Below, piece by piece: positions 1 through 8,811 of a stretch of 64,000 nucleotides of DNA. The translations under genes and the position numbers were made by a program. How positions within the stretch are numbered: position 1 is the stretch's first letter; the number at the start of each line of letters is the position of its first letter. The DNA lies in NCBI GenBank assembly GCA_963666485.2, contig CAXXUO010000002.1:64001-128000 (forward strand), in the 5' to 3' direction. Origin of the DNA: Syntrophorhabdaceae bacterium (GTDB lineage: Bacteria; Desulfobacterota; Syntrophorhabdia; Syntrophorhabdales; Syntrophorhabdaceae). A model generated the notes under the pieces. That model was not told the origin of the DNA. It made no database searches and saw only the letters and a program-made list of their open reading frames with translations.

Positions 1-236
1 TCGCCGGCCGGTTTCTCCTGCGCATACCTCACCGGGTCATCGTTCCCGGCAAGACCCGCCACGACAATAGGTGCCGCGTCATCCGCCGCCTTGAGAGCGC
101 GTATTGAAACAGACCCGATCTCCTGCCCGAAGAGCGCTCCCGCTGAACCCGCAAGGAATACCAGGAAAAACAGCGCCACCGCGGGCAAGACAAAAACAGA
201 TCTATCCCGGGTGATCGCGCCGCCGAAAATTTTCAT
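1..236 (-). CDS. Partial (N-terminal) secreted protein, probably VacJ/MlaA family; runs off the window edge
   Basis: ATG at 236 directly after the mlaC stop. Reads MKIFGG...VLPAVALFFLVFLAGSAGA (signal-like). Family assigned by position in the mla operon only. Confidence 0.45.
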   Translation of the reverse strand, partial: MKIFGGAITRDRSVFVLPAVALFFLVFLAGSAGALFGQEIGSVSIRALKAADDAAPIVVAGLAGNDDPVRYAQEKPAG

Positions 237-239
237 CAC

Positions 240-857
240 TTATTTCCCGCCTTTTTTCTTGCGCAATGTATCGATAAGCGTTTGCGGCGGATTGTTTCCA
301 AGGATGTCCCTGAACTGGGTGCGATAATTGCTGACGAGGCTCACCCCTTCGATCACGACATCATAGACCTTCCATTCATTCCCTTTCTTCATCGCCCTGT
401 AATTTATCGGCGTCTGGGCGGTGCTTGAGACGACGACTGTCTGGACCTCGACGGCATTCTCCCCGAGGGGCAGCTCTTTCGTAAAATTCACCTGTTCACT
501 GTTATATGATGTGATCCTGTCGATATAGGTGTCCCTGAGCATGCCCTTGAAAAGCTCGACAAACTCCTTGCGCTGGTCGACCGTGAATTTGTTCCAGTTA
601 AGGCCCAGGGTCCTCTTTGAAAGCTCGACCCAATCGAACATCTTGTCGGCGACGACCTCTATCTTCTGTTCCTTGGCCTTTTTTCCGGAAGGCCCTTTCA
701 GTTTCGGGTCCTTCAGGACATCAAGGACCGCCGTTACATTCGCCTTTACGGCATCGGTTGCCGGCCCGGCAATGAGACACACCGGGGCGAGCATTATGAT
801 AAACACCATCAAACCGGCTAATGATCTTTTCAACGCATCCTCCTTCACATGGGTCAC
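240..857 (-). CDS. mlaC: MlaC/Ttg2D phospholipid-binding periplasmic protein
   Basis: Signal peptide; WKVYDVVIEGVSLVSNYRTQF motif; operon context. Confidence 0.9.
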   Translation of the reverse strand: MTHVKEDALKRSLAGLMVFIIMLAPVCLIAGPATDAVKANVTAVLDVLKDPKLKGPSGKKAKEQKIEVVADKMFDWVELSKRTLGLNWNKFTVDQRKEFVELFKGMLRDTYIDRITSYNSEQVNFTKELPLGENAVEVQTVVVSSTAQTPINYRAMKKGNEWKVYDVVIEGVSLVSNYRTQFRDILGNNPPQTLIDTLRKKKGGK

Positions 858-1327
858 TTCGTTTCTTTACCCGAATCCTTTTTTACGTCACCAAAGGCAT
901 ACCTGCCAATGAGATCTTCTATATCGGCCGGGATAGAGGTCTGGGCTATGTATGAGCCCCCCTTGAGGGGCTCACCCGATCCGCCCGGATCTACCTTGAC
1001 ATATTTATCGCCGATAAGCCCGGCGGTCTTAATGGTCGCACTGGCGTCATCATAGATGATCGTGTTCTTGTTGATCTTCATTCCGACAACGCCCATCTGC
1101 TTGTCATGGTCAATGGTGAGGCCCGTGACGGTCCCGACCTGGATCCCGTAAACCTCCACCGCGCTGCCGACCCTCAACCCGGCGACGGACGTGAACCGTG
1201 CGTACAGGGGATAGGTCGTATCGCCGAAGAGTTCCACCTTCCCGAGCTTCACGGTCATATACCCGACACAGATGAGGCCAACCACAATGAAGATGCCGAC
1301 CGCTGTCTCCATTGAAAATTTTTTCAT
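854..1327 (-). CDS. mlaD: MlaD MCE-domain protein
   Basis: N-terminal TM; GLRVGSAVEVYGIQVGTV and IKTAGLIGDKYV MCE motifs. Confidence 0.92.
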   Translation of the reverse strand: MKKFSMETAVGIFIVVGLICVGYMTVKLGKVELFGDTTYPLYARFTSVAGLRVGSAVEVYGIQVGTVTGLTIDHDKQMGVVGMKINKNTIIYDDASATIKTAGLIGDKYVKVDPGGSGEPLKGGSYIAQTSIPADIEDLIGRYAFGDVKKDSGKETK

Positions 1328-2568
1328 TCCCCGTTACCTCCGAAATCGCACCGGTGTATTGAAATGATCTCCTGGCGTTCCCTTCCCTTGTCTATGATCT
1401 GTTCTATCGAATCGTCAGGAGAGACTTCCACAACCCCCGCACGCACATAGATCTCGAAACAGGCCGTCCCCGCCTTTGCCGATGCCACCTTCTCTATCCG
1501 TTCTATTACGCCATTCTCGAGTTCGTTTGAAAAATCTGCCACGAGCCTTCGCGCCTCTTCAAGGTCCTTCCGCGGGAAGATGGTGAGGATCTCATCCCTG
1601 CTGTGACGCGCGGAAAAACTACCGATATTGTTGAAGTACTGATTGGTATATTCGCCGAGGACCTTGAGGACCTCGAGGGCCGCCTGGGCACCTAATGCTT
1701 CATGCAAAATATTCAGCCGGACACTGAAAAGCGCGGCAGACGTCTTCTCCATGGATGAGCTTCCCAGCATCGCCGAGTAGTGCATCTTGAAGGCCTCCCG
1801 CGATAAGAGCCCCGTCAGCTGGTCCTCAAATCCGTCAAGGCTTCTTAAGAACTCCTCGATCATCGGGACCTTCAGGCGCAATGCCTCTTCGTACGGCCCT
1901 TCAAAACCGACGCTCCCTTCCCAGAGTATTATCACCCGGTCCGATATAAAAAACACGTCCGGGATGTCATGGCTAATCATGACAGCGGTAAAACCATACT
2001 TCTTTCTGTAATGGATTATCATGCTCAGGATCATGTTCTTGCGAATGGGGTCCTGGCCTGTGGTCGGCTCGTCAAAGAGGACTATTTTGGGATCGGTTAC
2101 GAGTGCCCGCGCGAGCGCCACGCGTTTCTGCATGCCCCCCGAAAGCTCCGAGGGGAACTTTCCGACCGCCTCTTCGAGTTCCAGGTCTTCGATGCGCTTC
2201 ATGACGCGTCTTTCAATTTCCGCCTTCGTGAGCTTCATCGTCTGTTTCAACGGGAAGGCGACATTATCAAAGACGTTCATCGAATCGAAAAGGGCGTTGT
2301 TCTGGAACAGGTACGCTATCTCCCTGCGGTGGCTTTCCCATTCGGCCCTCTTCATTTCACTGACAGGCTGGCCCTGGAAAAGGATCGAGCCTTCGTCCGG
2401 TTTCAAGAGGCCGATAATGTGCTTCAGAAGAACACTCTTTCCCGTGCCGCTCTTTCCGATGATCGTCGTGACCTGGTTCTCATAGATTCTCAGATTGATG
2501 TCGTCGAGCACGGTCTTGTCGTTGAACCGCTTCGTAACATTCCTGAACTCTATCAAAGGTGTTTCCAT
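1324..2568 (-). CDS. mlaF: MlaF ABC ATPase with C-terminal degenerate GGDEF-like extension
   Basis: Walker A GKSGTGKS, LSGGMQKR, FDEPTTGQDP. The extra ~170 aa begin DQLTGLLSREAF and contain ARHSRDEI. Confidence 0.85.
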   Translation of the reverse strand: METPLIEFRNVTKRFNDKTVLDDINLRIYENQVTTIIGKSGTGKSVLLKHIIGLLKPDEGSILFQGQPVSEMKRAEWESHRREIAYLFQNNALFDSMNVFDNVAFPLKQTMKLTKAEIERRVMKRIEDLELEEAVGKFPSELSGGMQKRVALARALVTDPKIVLFDEPTTGQDPIRKNMILSMIIHYRKKYGFTAVMISHDIPDVFFISDRVIILWEGSVGFEGPYEEALRLKVPMIEEFLRSLDGFEDQLTGLLSREAFKMHYSAMLGSSSMEKTSAALFSVRLNILHEALGAQAALEVLKVLGEYTNQYFNNIGSFSARHSRDEILTIFPRKDLEEARRLVADFSNELENGVIERIEKVASAKAGTACFEIYVRAGVVEVSPDDSIEQIIDKGRERQEIISIHRCDFGGNGE

Positions 2569-2575
2569 ACCCTTC

Positions 2576-3469
2576 CTACATTAAGAACGATGTGACGACG
2601 TAATCCGAGACAAGGATCAGCACACACGAAATAACGACCGCGGACACGGTCGCAAGACCAACCGATTTGGCGCCGAACCCGTCTTTTCTCATGTGGCAGT
2701 AATAACCCTGGAAACAGCAGACGCATGAAACGATGGCGCCAAAGACGAGCGCCTTGATGAAGCCGCCGCGTATATCGACGAAGCCCAGGGCCGACTGGAC
2801 GCGGTAAACGTAGGTGCCCGCATTCGTACCGAGAAGAAGGACGCCCGTGATATAACCGCCGATGATCCCTATCAGGTCAAAAAAAGAGGTAAGCAGAGGG
2901 AAGCTGATTATGGAAGCGGCGATCCTGGGGCTGATCAGGTACCGTATCGGGTCGACACCCATTGCATAGAGGGCATCTATCTGCTCGGAGTTGCGCAGGA
3001 TACCGATCTCAGCCGCCATTGCCGAACCGGCGCGGGCCGCGATCATTATTGCCGTGAGCACGGGACCCAGTTCCCGTATGAGAGACAACGAGATCGCCGA
3101 GCCGAGGGCCCCGACGGAACCGAACTTGACAAGCGTGTAGAACAGTTGGAGACCGAGCACCATGCCCGTGAACAACGCGACGAGCATCACGATGAGTGAT
3201 GATTTTGCCCCGATGTAGTAGGTCTGGCTCGTTATCTCATAGATCTGTTTCGAACGAAATATATTGATAAAACCCAGGAAAAAGAAGATCGCCATGGCCC
3301 CGAAATTGGCGATCGTACGCACAGCGAACGCACCAACGGCGGTGAAAAATGCAAGGACCGGCATCGGCGTGCCCCCCGGTGAAACAGTTCCTCCCGTCAG
3401 CTTATCGTGATCCTTCATTATGACAGTTTCTTCCCCGCTGGGTTTTACAACACCCTTTTGGTCGTCCAT
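2576..3469 (-). CDS. mlaE: MlaE ABC permease (start codon uncertain)
   Basis: IRELGPVLTAIMIAARAGSAMAAEIG...EQIDAL motif. Confidence 0.92.
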   Translation of the reverse strand: MDDQKGVVKPSGEETVIMKDHDKLTGGTVSPGGTPMPVLAFFTAVGAFAVRTIANFGAMAIFFFLGFINIFRSKQIYEITSQTYYIGAKSSLIVMLVALFTGMVLGLQLFYTLVKFGSVGALGSAISLSLIRELGPVLTAIMIAARAGSAMAAEIGILRNSEQIDALYAMGVDPIRYLISPRIAASIISFPLLTSFFDLIGIIGGYITGVLLLGTNAGTYVYRVQSALGFVDIRGGFIKALVFGAIVSCVCCFQGYYCHMRKDGFGAKSVGLATVSAVVISCVLILVSDYVVTSFLM

Positions 3470-3565
3470 ATCATAGTCTCATCATTCCGGGCACACCGCC
3501 TCAAGGCGTGACATGACCGGGATTGGCGATGGCATGGGATAACTAAAAAACCCGCCCTGTAAGCC

Positions 3566-3595
3566 ATTATAAGCAACCTTACGCTGTGCTGTCAA
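3566..3595 (-). promoter_or_regulatory. Sigma70-type promoter of the mla operon
   Basis: Minus strand TTGACA-N18-TATAAT, both hexamers perfect, about 100 bp upstream of mlaE. Confidence 0.6.
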
Positions 3596-3631
3596 TAATA
3601 GGGAAAGAATTCGGAGTCATACCGGCAGCCG

Positions 3632-3982
3632 CTAACTCCCGGTTTTTACCAGGACAACGCCGTCGACCGTCATTTTCCACTGCTGCTGCTCAAGGTGGGG
3701 TGCCTGTGAGACGACAAAGGTCGTCGTGATCATTGGCACGCCGACAATGAAATTATCGCCGTCAAAAGCCTTCAGGGGGCCCGAAACAGATTTGGTCACG
3801 CCGCCCTTGATGCGCTTGTATTTCACGGAACCATCCTGCGTGATAAGAAGGTACATTTCCCGCGACTGCCACTCGCCGACATATGCAGCCTTGTCGGCGG
3901 GGACCTCTATCCCGCACCCGCACATCAGGAACGGGACCGCGAGGAAAACAAGCAGCATAAAAACACGCATCCTTCCGGTCAT
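3632..3982 (-). CDS. Hypothetical lipoprotein (116 aa)
   Basis: GGAGG RBS before ATG 3982; hydrophobic leader ending LMCGC (lipobox-like). Confidence 0.65.
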   Translation of the reverse strand: MTGRMRVFMLLVFLAVPFLMCGCGIEVPADKAAYVGEWQSREMYLLITQDGSVKYKRIKGGVTKSVSGPLKAFDGDNFIVGVPMITTTFVVSQAPHLEQQQWKMTVDGVVLVKTGS

Positions 3983-4086
3983 GTGGGCCACCTCCGATAT
4001 CATGCAACTATAGTATTGTATATCGTACTTTGCCGGCGGGAAGAACGCAACTGCAAGATTTGGGTATGCTTTCCGCGTCGTCAAAA

Positions 4087-4114
4087 TTGACACATGCATT
4101 TTCGTGCCTATAGT
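4087..4114 (+). promoter_or_regulatory. Putative sigma70 promoter for the AKR-fpg pair
   Basis: TTGACA-N16-TATAGT. Confidence 0.4.
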
Positions 4115-4165
4115 GTGAAGAGAAACGCAATCTGAGACCATCAGCTTGCACTGCGAGGTACGGGA

Positions 4166-5110
4166 ATGTACGTGGTGAATAAGGACATAAAGCGCGGCGA
4201 TATGCTCTACCGGGTGCTCGGTTCGACCGGAGAAGTGGTATCCGTCATCGGGGTGGGCGGCAACCATATAGGCCCGCCGGTAACAAAAAGAGACAGCACC
4301 CGGATAATCAGGGCTGCCATAGACGCCGGCGTCACGTTCATGGATAATTCATGGGACTACCACGGCGGCGAGAGCGAGGTCCGGATGGGCCGCGCTTTAA
4401 AAGGCAGATATCGCGATATGGTCTTCCTGATGACGAAGGTGGACGGCCGGACCGCAAAGGCCGCTCGCCTCCAGATCGATGAATCTCTTCGCCGCCTCCA
4501 GACAGACGTTATAGACCTCCTTCAGGTCCATGAAGTGATCAGGCTGGAAGATCCTGACAGGGTATTTTCGGAAGGCGGTGCGCTCGAGGCGCTCGTTGAA
4601 GCGCGCAAGGCCGGAAAGATCCGCTTTATCGGTTTCTCCGGGCACAAGGACCCTTACGTCCATCTCAGGATGCTGGAGACAGCCCGGGAACATAATTTCC
4701 GGTTCGATGCCGTACAGATGCCGCTCAATGCGATGGATACACATTACCGAAGCTTCGAGCACAATGTCCTTCCCGAACTGGCAGCTGACAACGTCGGGGT
4801 CCTCGCTATGAAATCAATGGGGTCGGGTGTCATTCTGGAGAGCAGCGTGATCAGCCCGGTCGAATGCCTGCGCTACACAATGAGCCTCCCAGTATCTACC
4901 GTCATAACCGGTATCGACAGTATGGAGATCCTCAGGCAGGACCTCGACGCAGTAAAACATTTTCAACCGATGTCCGAGGCGGACCGGAAGTTCCTCCTCG
5001 AAAGGACCCGGGATGCAGCCCGGCACGGCGCCTTCGAGGTATTCAAGACAACAAACATCTTCGACACCACCGCCCGGAACCCGGAGTGGCTCGAGGACCC
5101 GCAACAATAA
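4166..5110 (+). CDS. Aldo/keto reductase
   Basis: GVTFMDNSWDYHGGESE, FLMTK, SLRRLQTDVIDLLQVH, GKIRFIGFSGH. Confidence 0.9.
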   Translation: MYVVNKDIKRGDMLYRVLGSTGEVVSVIGVGGNHIGPPVTKRDSTRIIRAAIDAGVTFMDNSWDYHGGESEVRMGRALKGRYRDMVFLMTKVDGRTAKAARLQIDESLRRLQTDVIDLLQVHEVIRLEDPDRVFSEGGALEALVEARKAGKIRFIGFSGHKDPYVHLRMLETAREHNFRFDAVQMPLNAMDTHYRSFEHNVLPELAADNVGVLAMKSMGSGVILESSVISPVECLRYTMSLPVSTVITGIDSMEILRQDLDAVKHFQPMSEADRKFLLERTRDAARHGAFEVFKTTNIFDTTARNPEWLEDPQQ

Positions 5111-5135
5111 ACGGGTTGTATCAGGGAGGTATTGC

Positions 5136-5930
5136 ATGCCGGAATTGCCCGACGTCGAAATATTTCGACAATACATTGATCTCAACGCACTTCACCAGGC
5201 CATCGAGGATGTCGAGGTGCTCACCAGTACTATCCTGAAAGGGGTATCACCGGAAAGGCTTGCCGACACCCTCAGAAAAAACTCGTTCGAAGAGACCCGC
5301 AGGCATGGAAAACACCTGTTCATCCGCCTTCAGGAGAACGGCTGGCTTACGATGCACTTCGGCCTGACCGGATACATCAGGTATTTCAAGGACCGCTCGG
5401 AAGAACCTCCCTACGACCGTCTCCTTATAAAATTCTCCCGCGGCGGATACCTCGCATATGCATCCCAGCGGAAGCTCGGGCGCATAGAGCTCATCGGCAG
5501 TGTCGAAGATTACATACGGCAGCACGGCCTGGGGCCCGATGCGATGTCCCGGTCGCTTGATTTTTCCGCATTCAAAAAAGCGCTTTCAAGCGCCCGGCGA
5601 TCGACGGTGAAGGCCGCGCTCATGGACCAGTCTCTGATCGCCGGTATCGGGAACGTCTATTCGGACGAGATAATGTACCAGTCAAACATCCATCCCTCCC
5701 GCAAGATGAGCCAGCTCGACGAGCCGATGATGAAGAGGCTCTTTACCAAGACAAAGCACGTCCTGCGCAAGGCCATCGAATACAGGGCGGACCCCCGTAA
5801 GTTCCCCGAATCCTGGATAACGCCCTACCGGAGAAGCAGGCGAAAATTCGCCGGATGCGTGGGCCCGATAGAAAGCATCAAGGTGTCGGGACGAACATCG
5901 TATTTTTGCCCGCAGTCGCAGAAGATATAG
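5136..5930 (+). CDS. Fpg/Nei family DNA glycosylase
   Basis: GGAGG RBS then MPELPDVE; RHGKHL; H2TH motif DQSLIAGIGNVYSDE; degenerate C-terminal zinc finger. Confidence 0.9.
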   Translation: MPELPDVEIFRQYIDLNALHQAIEDVEVLTSTILKGVSPERLADTLRKNSFEETRRHGKHLFIRLQENGWLTMHFGLTGYIRYFKDRSEEPPYDRLLIKFSRGGYLAYASQRKLGRIELIGSVEDYIRQHGLGPDAMSRSLDFSAFKKALSSARRSTVKAALMDQSLIAGIGNVYSDEIMYQSNIHPSRKMSQLDEPMMKRLFTKTKHVLRKAIEYRADPRKFPESWITPYRRSRRKFAGCVGPIESIKVSGRTSYFCPQSQKI

Positions 5931-5931
5931 G

Positions 5932-6223
5932 CGGCGGACGGCTAACGGCGTACGGCATACGGCTAACGGCTAACGGAAAAAACTTTTCAGGAAATATACT
6001 GCATTAGTCAAGAAGAGTGCTGACAACTCAAGGTTCAGAAGAGGCGGACGAAGGGGCGGTCAATATGGCATAAGGGGCTCATGCGGGGGAGGTGGTCCTC
6101 AACGCAAATGTTGACTAGTGTGAATTATATATACCGCGTATCGGGAAATATTTTTCCCGGGCGATGTCTTTTTTTAATTTTTTTGGCAGGTGAAGAGAAG
6201 CCGTTAGCCGTTAGCCGTTAGCC
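5932..6223. repeat. Inverted pair of heptamer arrays: (CGGCTAA-like)n at 5932-5976 and (GCCGTTA)n at 6200-6223
   Basis: Read directly; each arm abuts the stop codon of one of two convergent genes. Confidence 0.85.
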
Positions 6224-7348
6224 TTACGTTTCCTCCATCTCCACCTTCAGCGACAGGAATTTGAGCAGGTCTTTCAGGGCGAGTATGCCGACGAGCTTAT
6301 CACCGGTTGCGACGATGAGGCGGCTCGCACCGGTACGCGTCATGATGGACAGGGCCTTCATTGCATCGGTCTGGGGACCTACGACAGTCTCCTGGGAACA
6401 GGGCTTGGAAATTTCGGCCACGTGCCGTGTGTCCCACTCCTGGCGCGGGACTTCGTTGACCTCCCTTGTCGTCACACAGCCGACCAGGTGGCCCGAGTCC
6501 TCCACGATGGGAAACATCTTGTGATGGTATTTATAGACATAATCATCGACAAGGTCCTTCACCAGGATGGACGGCCTGACCGTGATCGGGTCCGTGCTCA
6601 TGAACCGCATTACCGGTTCTCCCTCCAGGGCCTGGCGGATGAGCAGCTGTTCGTACGCGGAACGCGCCGAACTCCTCAGGAACATGCCGATGAGGAACCA
6701 CCACATCCCGCCGAGAAAATTGCCGGTAAAGAATTGAAAAACCCCGAGCGCAACGATGAGTATCGCGAATCCTGTTCCGATGCGTGACGCAATACGGGTT
6801 GAACGGCGCAGGTCCTTGTTGCGGGCCCAGAGAATACTGTGCAGGATACGGCCCCCGTCGAGCGGATATGCCGGCAGCATGTTAAAGAGGGCGAGAATGA
6901 CGTTGATGACCGCGAGGTACCACAGTACACCGGCCACCGGTCCATGCTGTACGGCAAAGACAAGCGTTCCGTAAAAGATCCCTCCGAGAATGACGCTCGA
7001 TAAGGGGCCCGCGAGGGCCATAGTGAATTCGGCGAGCGGCCCGGGGGGATCCTCGCCCATTTCCGCTGCGCCGCCAAACATGAAGAGCGTAATGCCATCG
7101 ATCCTGGTCCCCGTCCTGCGCGCTATGACGGAGTGGGACAGTTCGTGGAAAACTATAGAAAAGAAAAGCCCGAGCATCGCGGTGATGCCCATGGTCCAGT
7201 ACGTGCGCGCCGGCAGGCCCGCGTATTGTGCCGGAAAGAGGCCCATCGACAGCGACCATGCGATCAGTATCGCGAGGATCGTCCAACTGGGATCGATACT
7301 GATCTGAAAACCGAATATCCTGAAAAGTCTTATCCTTCTTTCAAACAT
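6224..7348 (-). CDS. Site-2 (M50) metalloprotease with CBS pair
   Basis: HELSH, NMLPAYPLDGGR, C-terminal CBS domains. Confidence 0.92.
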   Translation of the reverse strand: MFERRIRLFRIFGFQISIDPSWTILAILIAWSLSMGLFPAQYAGLPARTYWTMGITAMLGLFFSIVFHELSHSVIARRTGTRIDGITLFMFGGAAEMGEDPPGPLAEFTMALAGPLSSVILGGIFYGTLVFAVQHGPVAGVLWYLAVINVILALFNMLPAYPLDGGRILHSILWARNKDLRRSTRIASRIGTGFAILIVALGVFQFFTGNFLGGMWWFLIGMFLRSSARSAYEQLLIRQALEGEPVMRFMSTDPITVRPSILVKDLVDDYVYKYHHKMFPIVEDSGHLVGCVTTREVNEVPRQEWDTRHVAEISKPCSQETVVGPQTDAMKALSIMTRTGASRLIVATGDKLVGILALKDLLKFLSLKVEMEET

Positions 7349-7531
7349 AGTATTCCCTGGAACAGATCGCCCTCTTTGAGCAAGCAATACTGATACCAGA
7401 GGGTAACTAACGGTAATAATTCAGCTACGTGAAAGATTGTCCGGATAATGTGTGGCATAGTGCCCCACCCCGGGGCATGACGACCCAATAAACGAAGAGT
7501 CCGGTGGTGATAGGGGAATGCTGTGATGATT

Positions 7532-7689
7532 CGTAAGGCGTGAGGCGTGAGGGCGTAAGGCGTAAAAACAGGAAAAAACATACGAAAGATCCTGCTCGGC
7601 CGATACGCAGCAAACGTATATTTCGCGGTGAGGTTCGCCTCTACTCCTTACGCCTTACCCTCACGCCTTACGCCTTACGCCTTACGGCC
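7532..7689. repeat. Inverted pair of heptamer arrays: (CGTRAGG)n at 7532-7565 and (CCTTACG)n at 7646-7689
   Basis: Read directly. Confidence 0.85.
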
Positions 7690-7692
7690 TTT

Positions 7693-8577
7693 CTACGCTT
7701 TGCCTATATCCCCGCCGAGGGATTTCCAGAACAGGGCTTCCATGTCCGAGCCCAGCTGAAATATGCCCTGCTGCTCCATAGATCGAATACGCATGTCGTA
7801 ATTTTCTTCGAGCTCCGACATGATGTTCATTACCTCGGGCGACCCTTTCAGTTTTTCGGTGACGGCCTGCCTTTGCCTGAGGGCCTTGTCGAACTCCTCT
7901 TTATCGACGGGTATGTTGTACAGTGTATTGAGGACTTCCATGAGCCTCACTTTTCCGAGATAATCCTCCTCCATCACGACGTACTGGGGCAGTGAGACAA
8001 TGAAAACAGCCGCGTCTATCCCGGCCTCGGCCGCTTTTTTCGTGATCAGGTTGGCGTATGTGGACGGGCCCTGGTAGGTGATCGGCATAGCCCCCGCCAT
8101 TCGTACGTCCTGCAGGGCTTTCTCACCCATCCCGTAACCGCTCACAAGTAAAGGCCGGGTATGCGGGACGACGTCGTACATGCTTCCCAGGAGTATGTAC
8201 CTCTTCGCTTCGAGCTTCGCAAGGACCTTGAGGACAGAATCGACGTACAGATGGGAGTTCGCATGAGGCTCGAGAAGATCGAGGAGGATAATGTCGTTTT
8301 GCCCTTCACGCCGGGCATAATAGATCATTGTGTTGGGGACCGACATTTCATTGATGCCGTCCTCGATCGTTATGACCGGCCGGTACCGGGTAAAGTCGTA
8401 AAAGCGGTCCGGCCGCGCGAGCCTTCCGAGCTCGAACGCGTTGTACTGCTTCCCGATCTCCCTGATGACCATGCTCCCGACATTGTTCACATCTATCCAG
8501 GGCCTTAAGGTCGCAAATACGAATGGTTCGTTGAGCCTCGGGACCGGTTCTGCCAGTTCAAACGCCCCTATCCTCAC
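7693..8577 (-). CDS. PAC2 (proteasome assembly chaperone-like) family protein
   Basis: GGAGG RBS plus GTG at 8577; PWIDVNNVGS, FYDFTRYRP, EPH, VPHTRP, YQGPS, SLPQY motifs. Confidence 0.8.
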   Translation of the reverse strand: MRIGAFELAEPVPRLNEPFVFATLRPWIDVNNVGSMVIREIGKQYNAFELGRLARPDRFYDFTRYRPVITIEDGINEMSVPNTMIYYARREGQNDIILLDLLEPHANSHLYVDSVLKVLAKLEAKRYILLGSMYDVVPHTRPLLVSGYGMGEKALQDVRMAGAMPITYQGPSTYANLITKKAAEAGIDAAVFIVSLPQYVVMEEDYLGKVRLMEVLNTLYNIPVDKEEFDKALRQRQAVTEKLKGSPEVMNIMSELEENYDMRIRSMEQQGIFQLGSDMEALFWKSLGGDIGKA

Positions 8578-8634
8578 AAGAGCCTCCAGTGAAATAAGGT
8601 AATGCGGTTTATGATCGTCTGTCAAGACAACAAA

Positions 8635-8811
8635 AAAAGACGGTTCCAGGTTCCACGTTCCACGTTCCACGAAAAAGAAAAAAGACATTGCTCTGGACTT
8701 TGAAACTCAAGCTTCAAGACCAAAAAACTATTCAAAGCTCAGGGTTCAACGCCTAAAGTCCGAAGAGAGGGTTACGTGGAACCTGGAACGTGGAACGTGG
8801 AACCGTCTTTT
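8635..8811. repeat. 37-bp inverted arms made of (TGGAACS)n heptamers plus GTCTTTT tail, at 8635-8671 and 8775-8811
   Basis: Near-perfect reverse complements about 100 bp apart. Confidence 0.9.

Noticed and set aside
4094..4110. Sigma54-like GGCACG...TGCA on the minus strand
   Set aside because: GG-to-GC spacing is 9 nt, not the required 10
8578..8688. N-terminal extension of the PAC2 ORF (FFVERGTWNLEP); likewise 11125-11307 and ORFs such as 7540-7995, 11186-11509 and 14003-14545
   Set aside because: These are translations of heptamer or REP repeats; RBS-supported starts lie at 8577 and 11124
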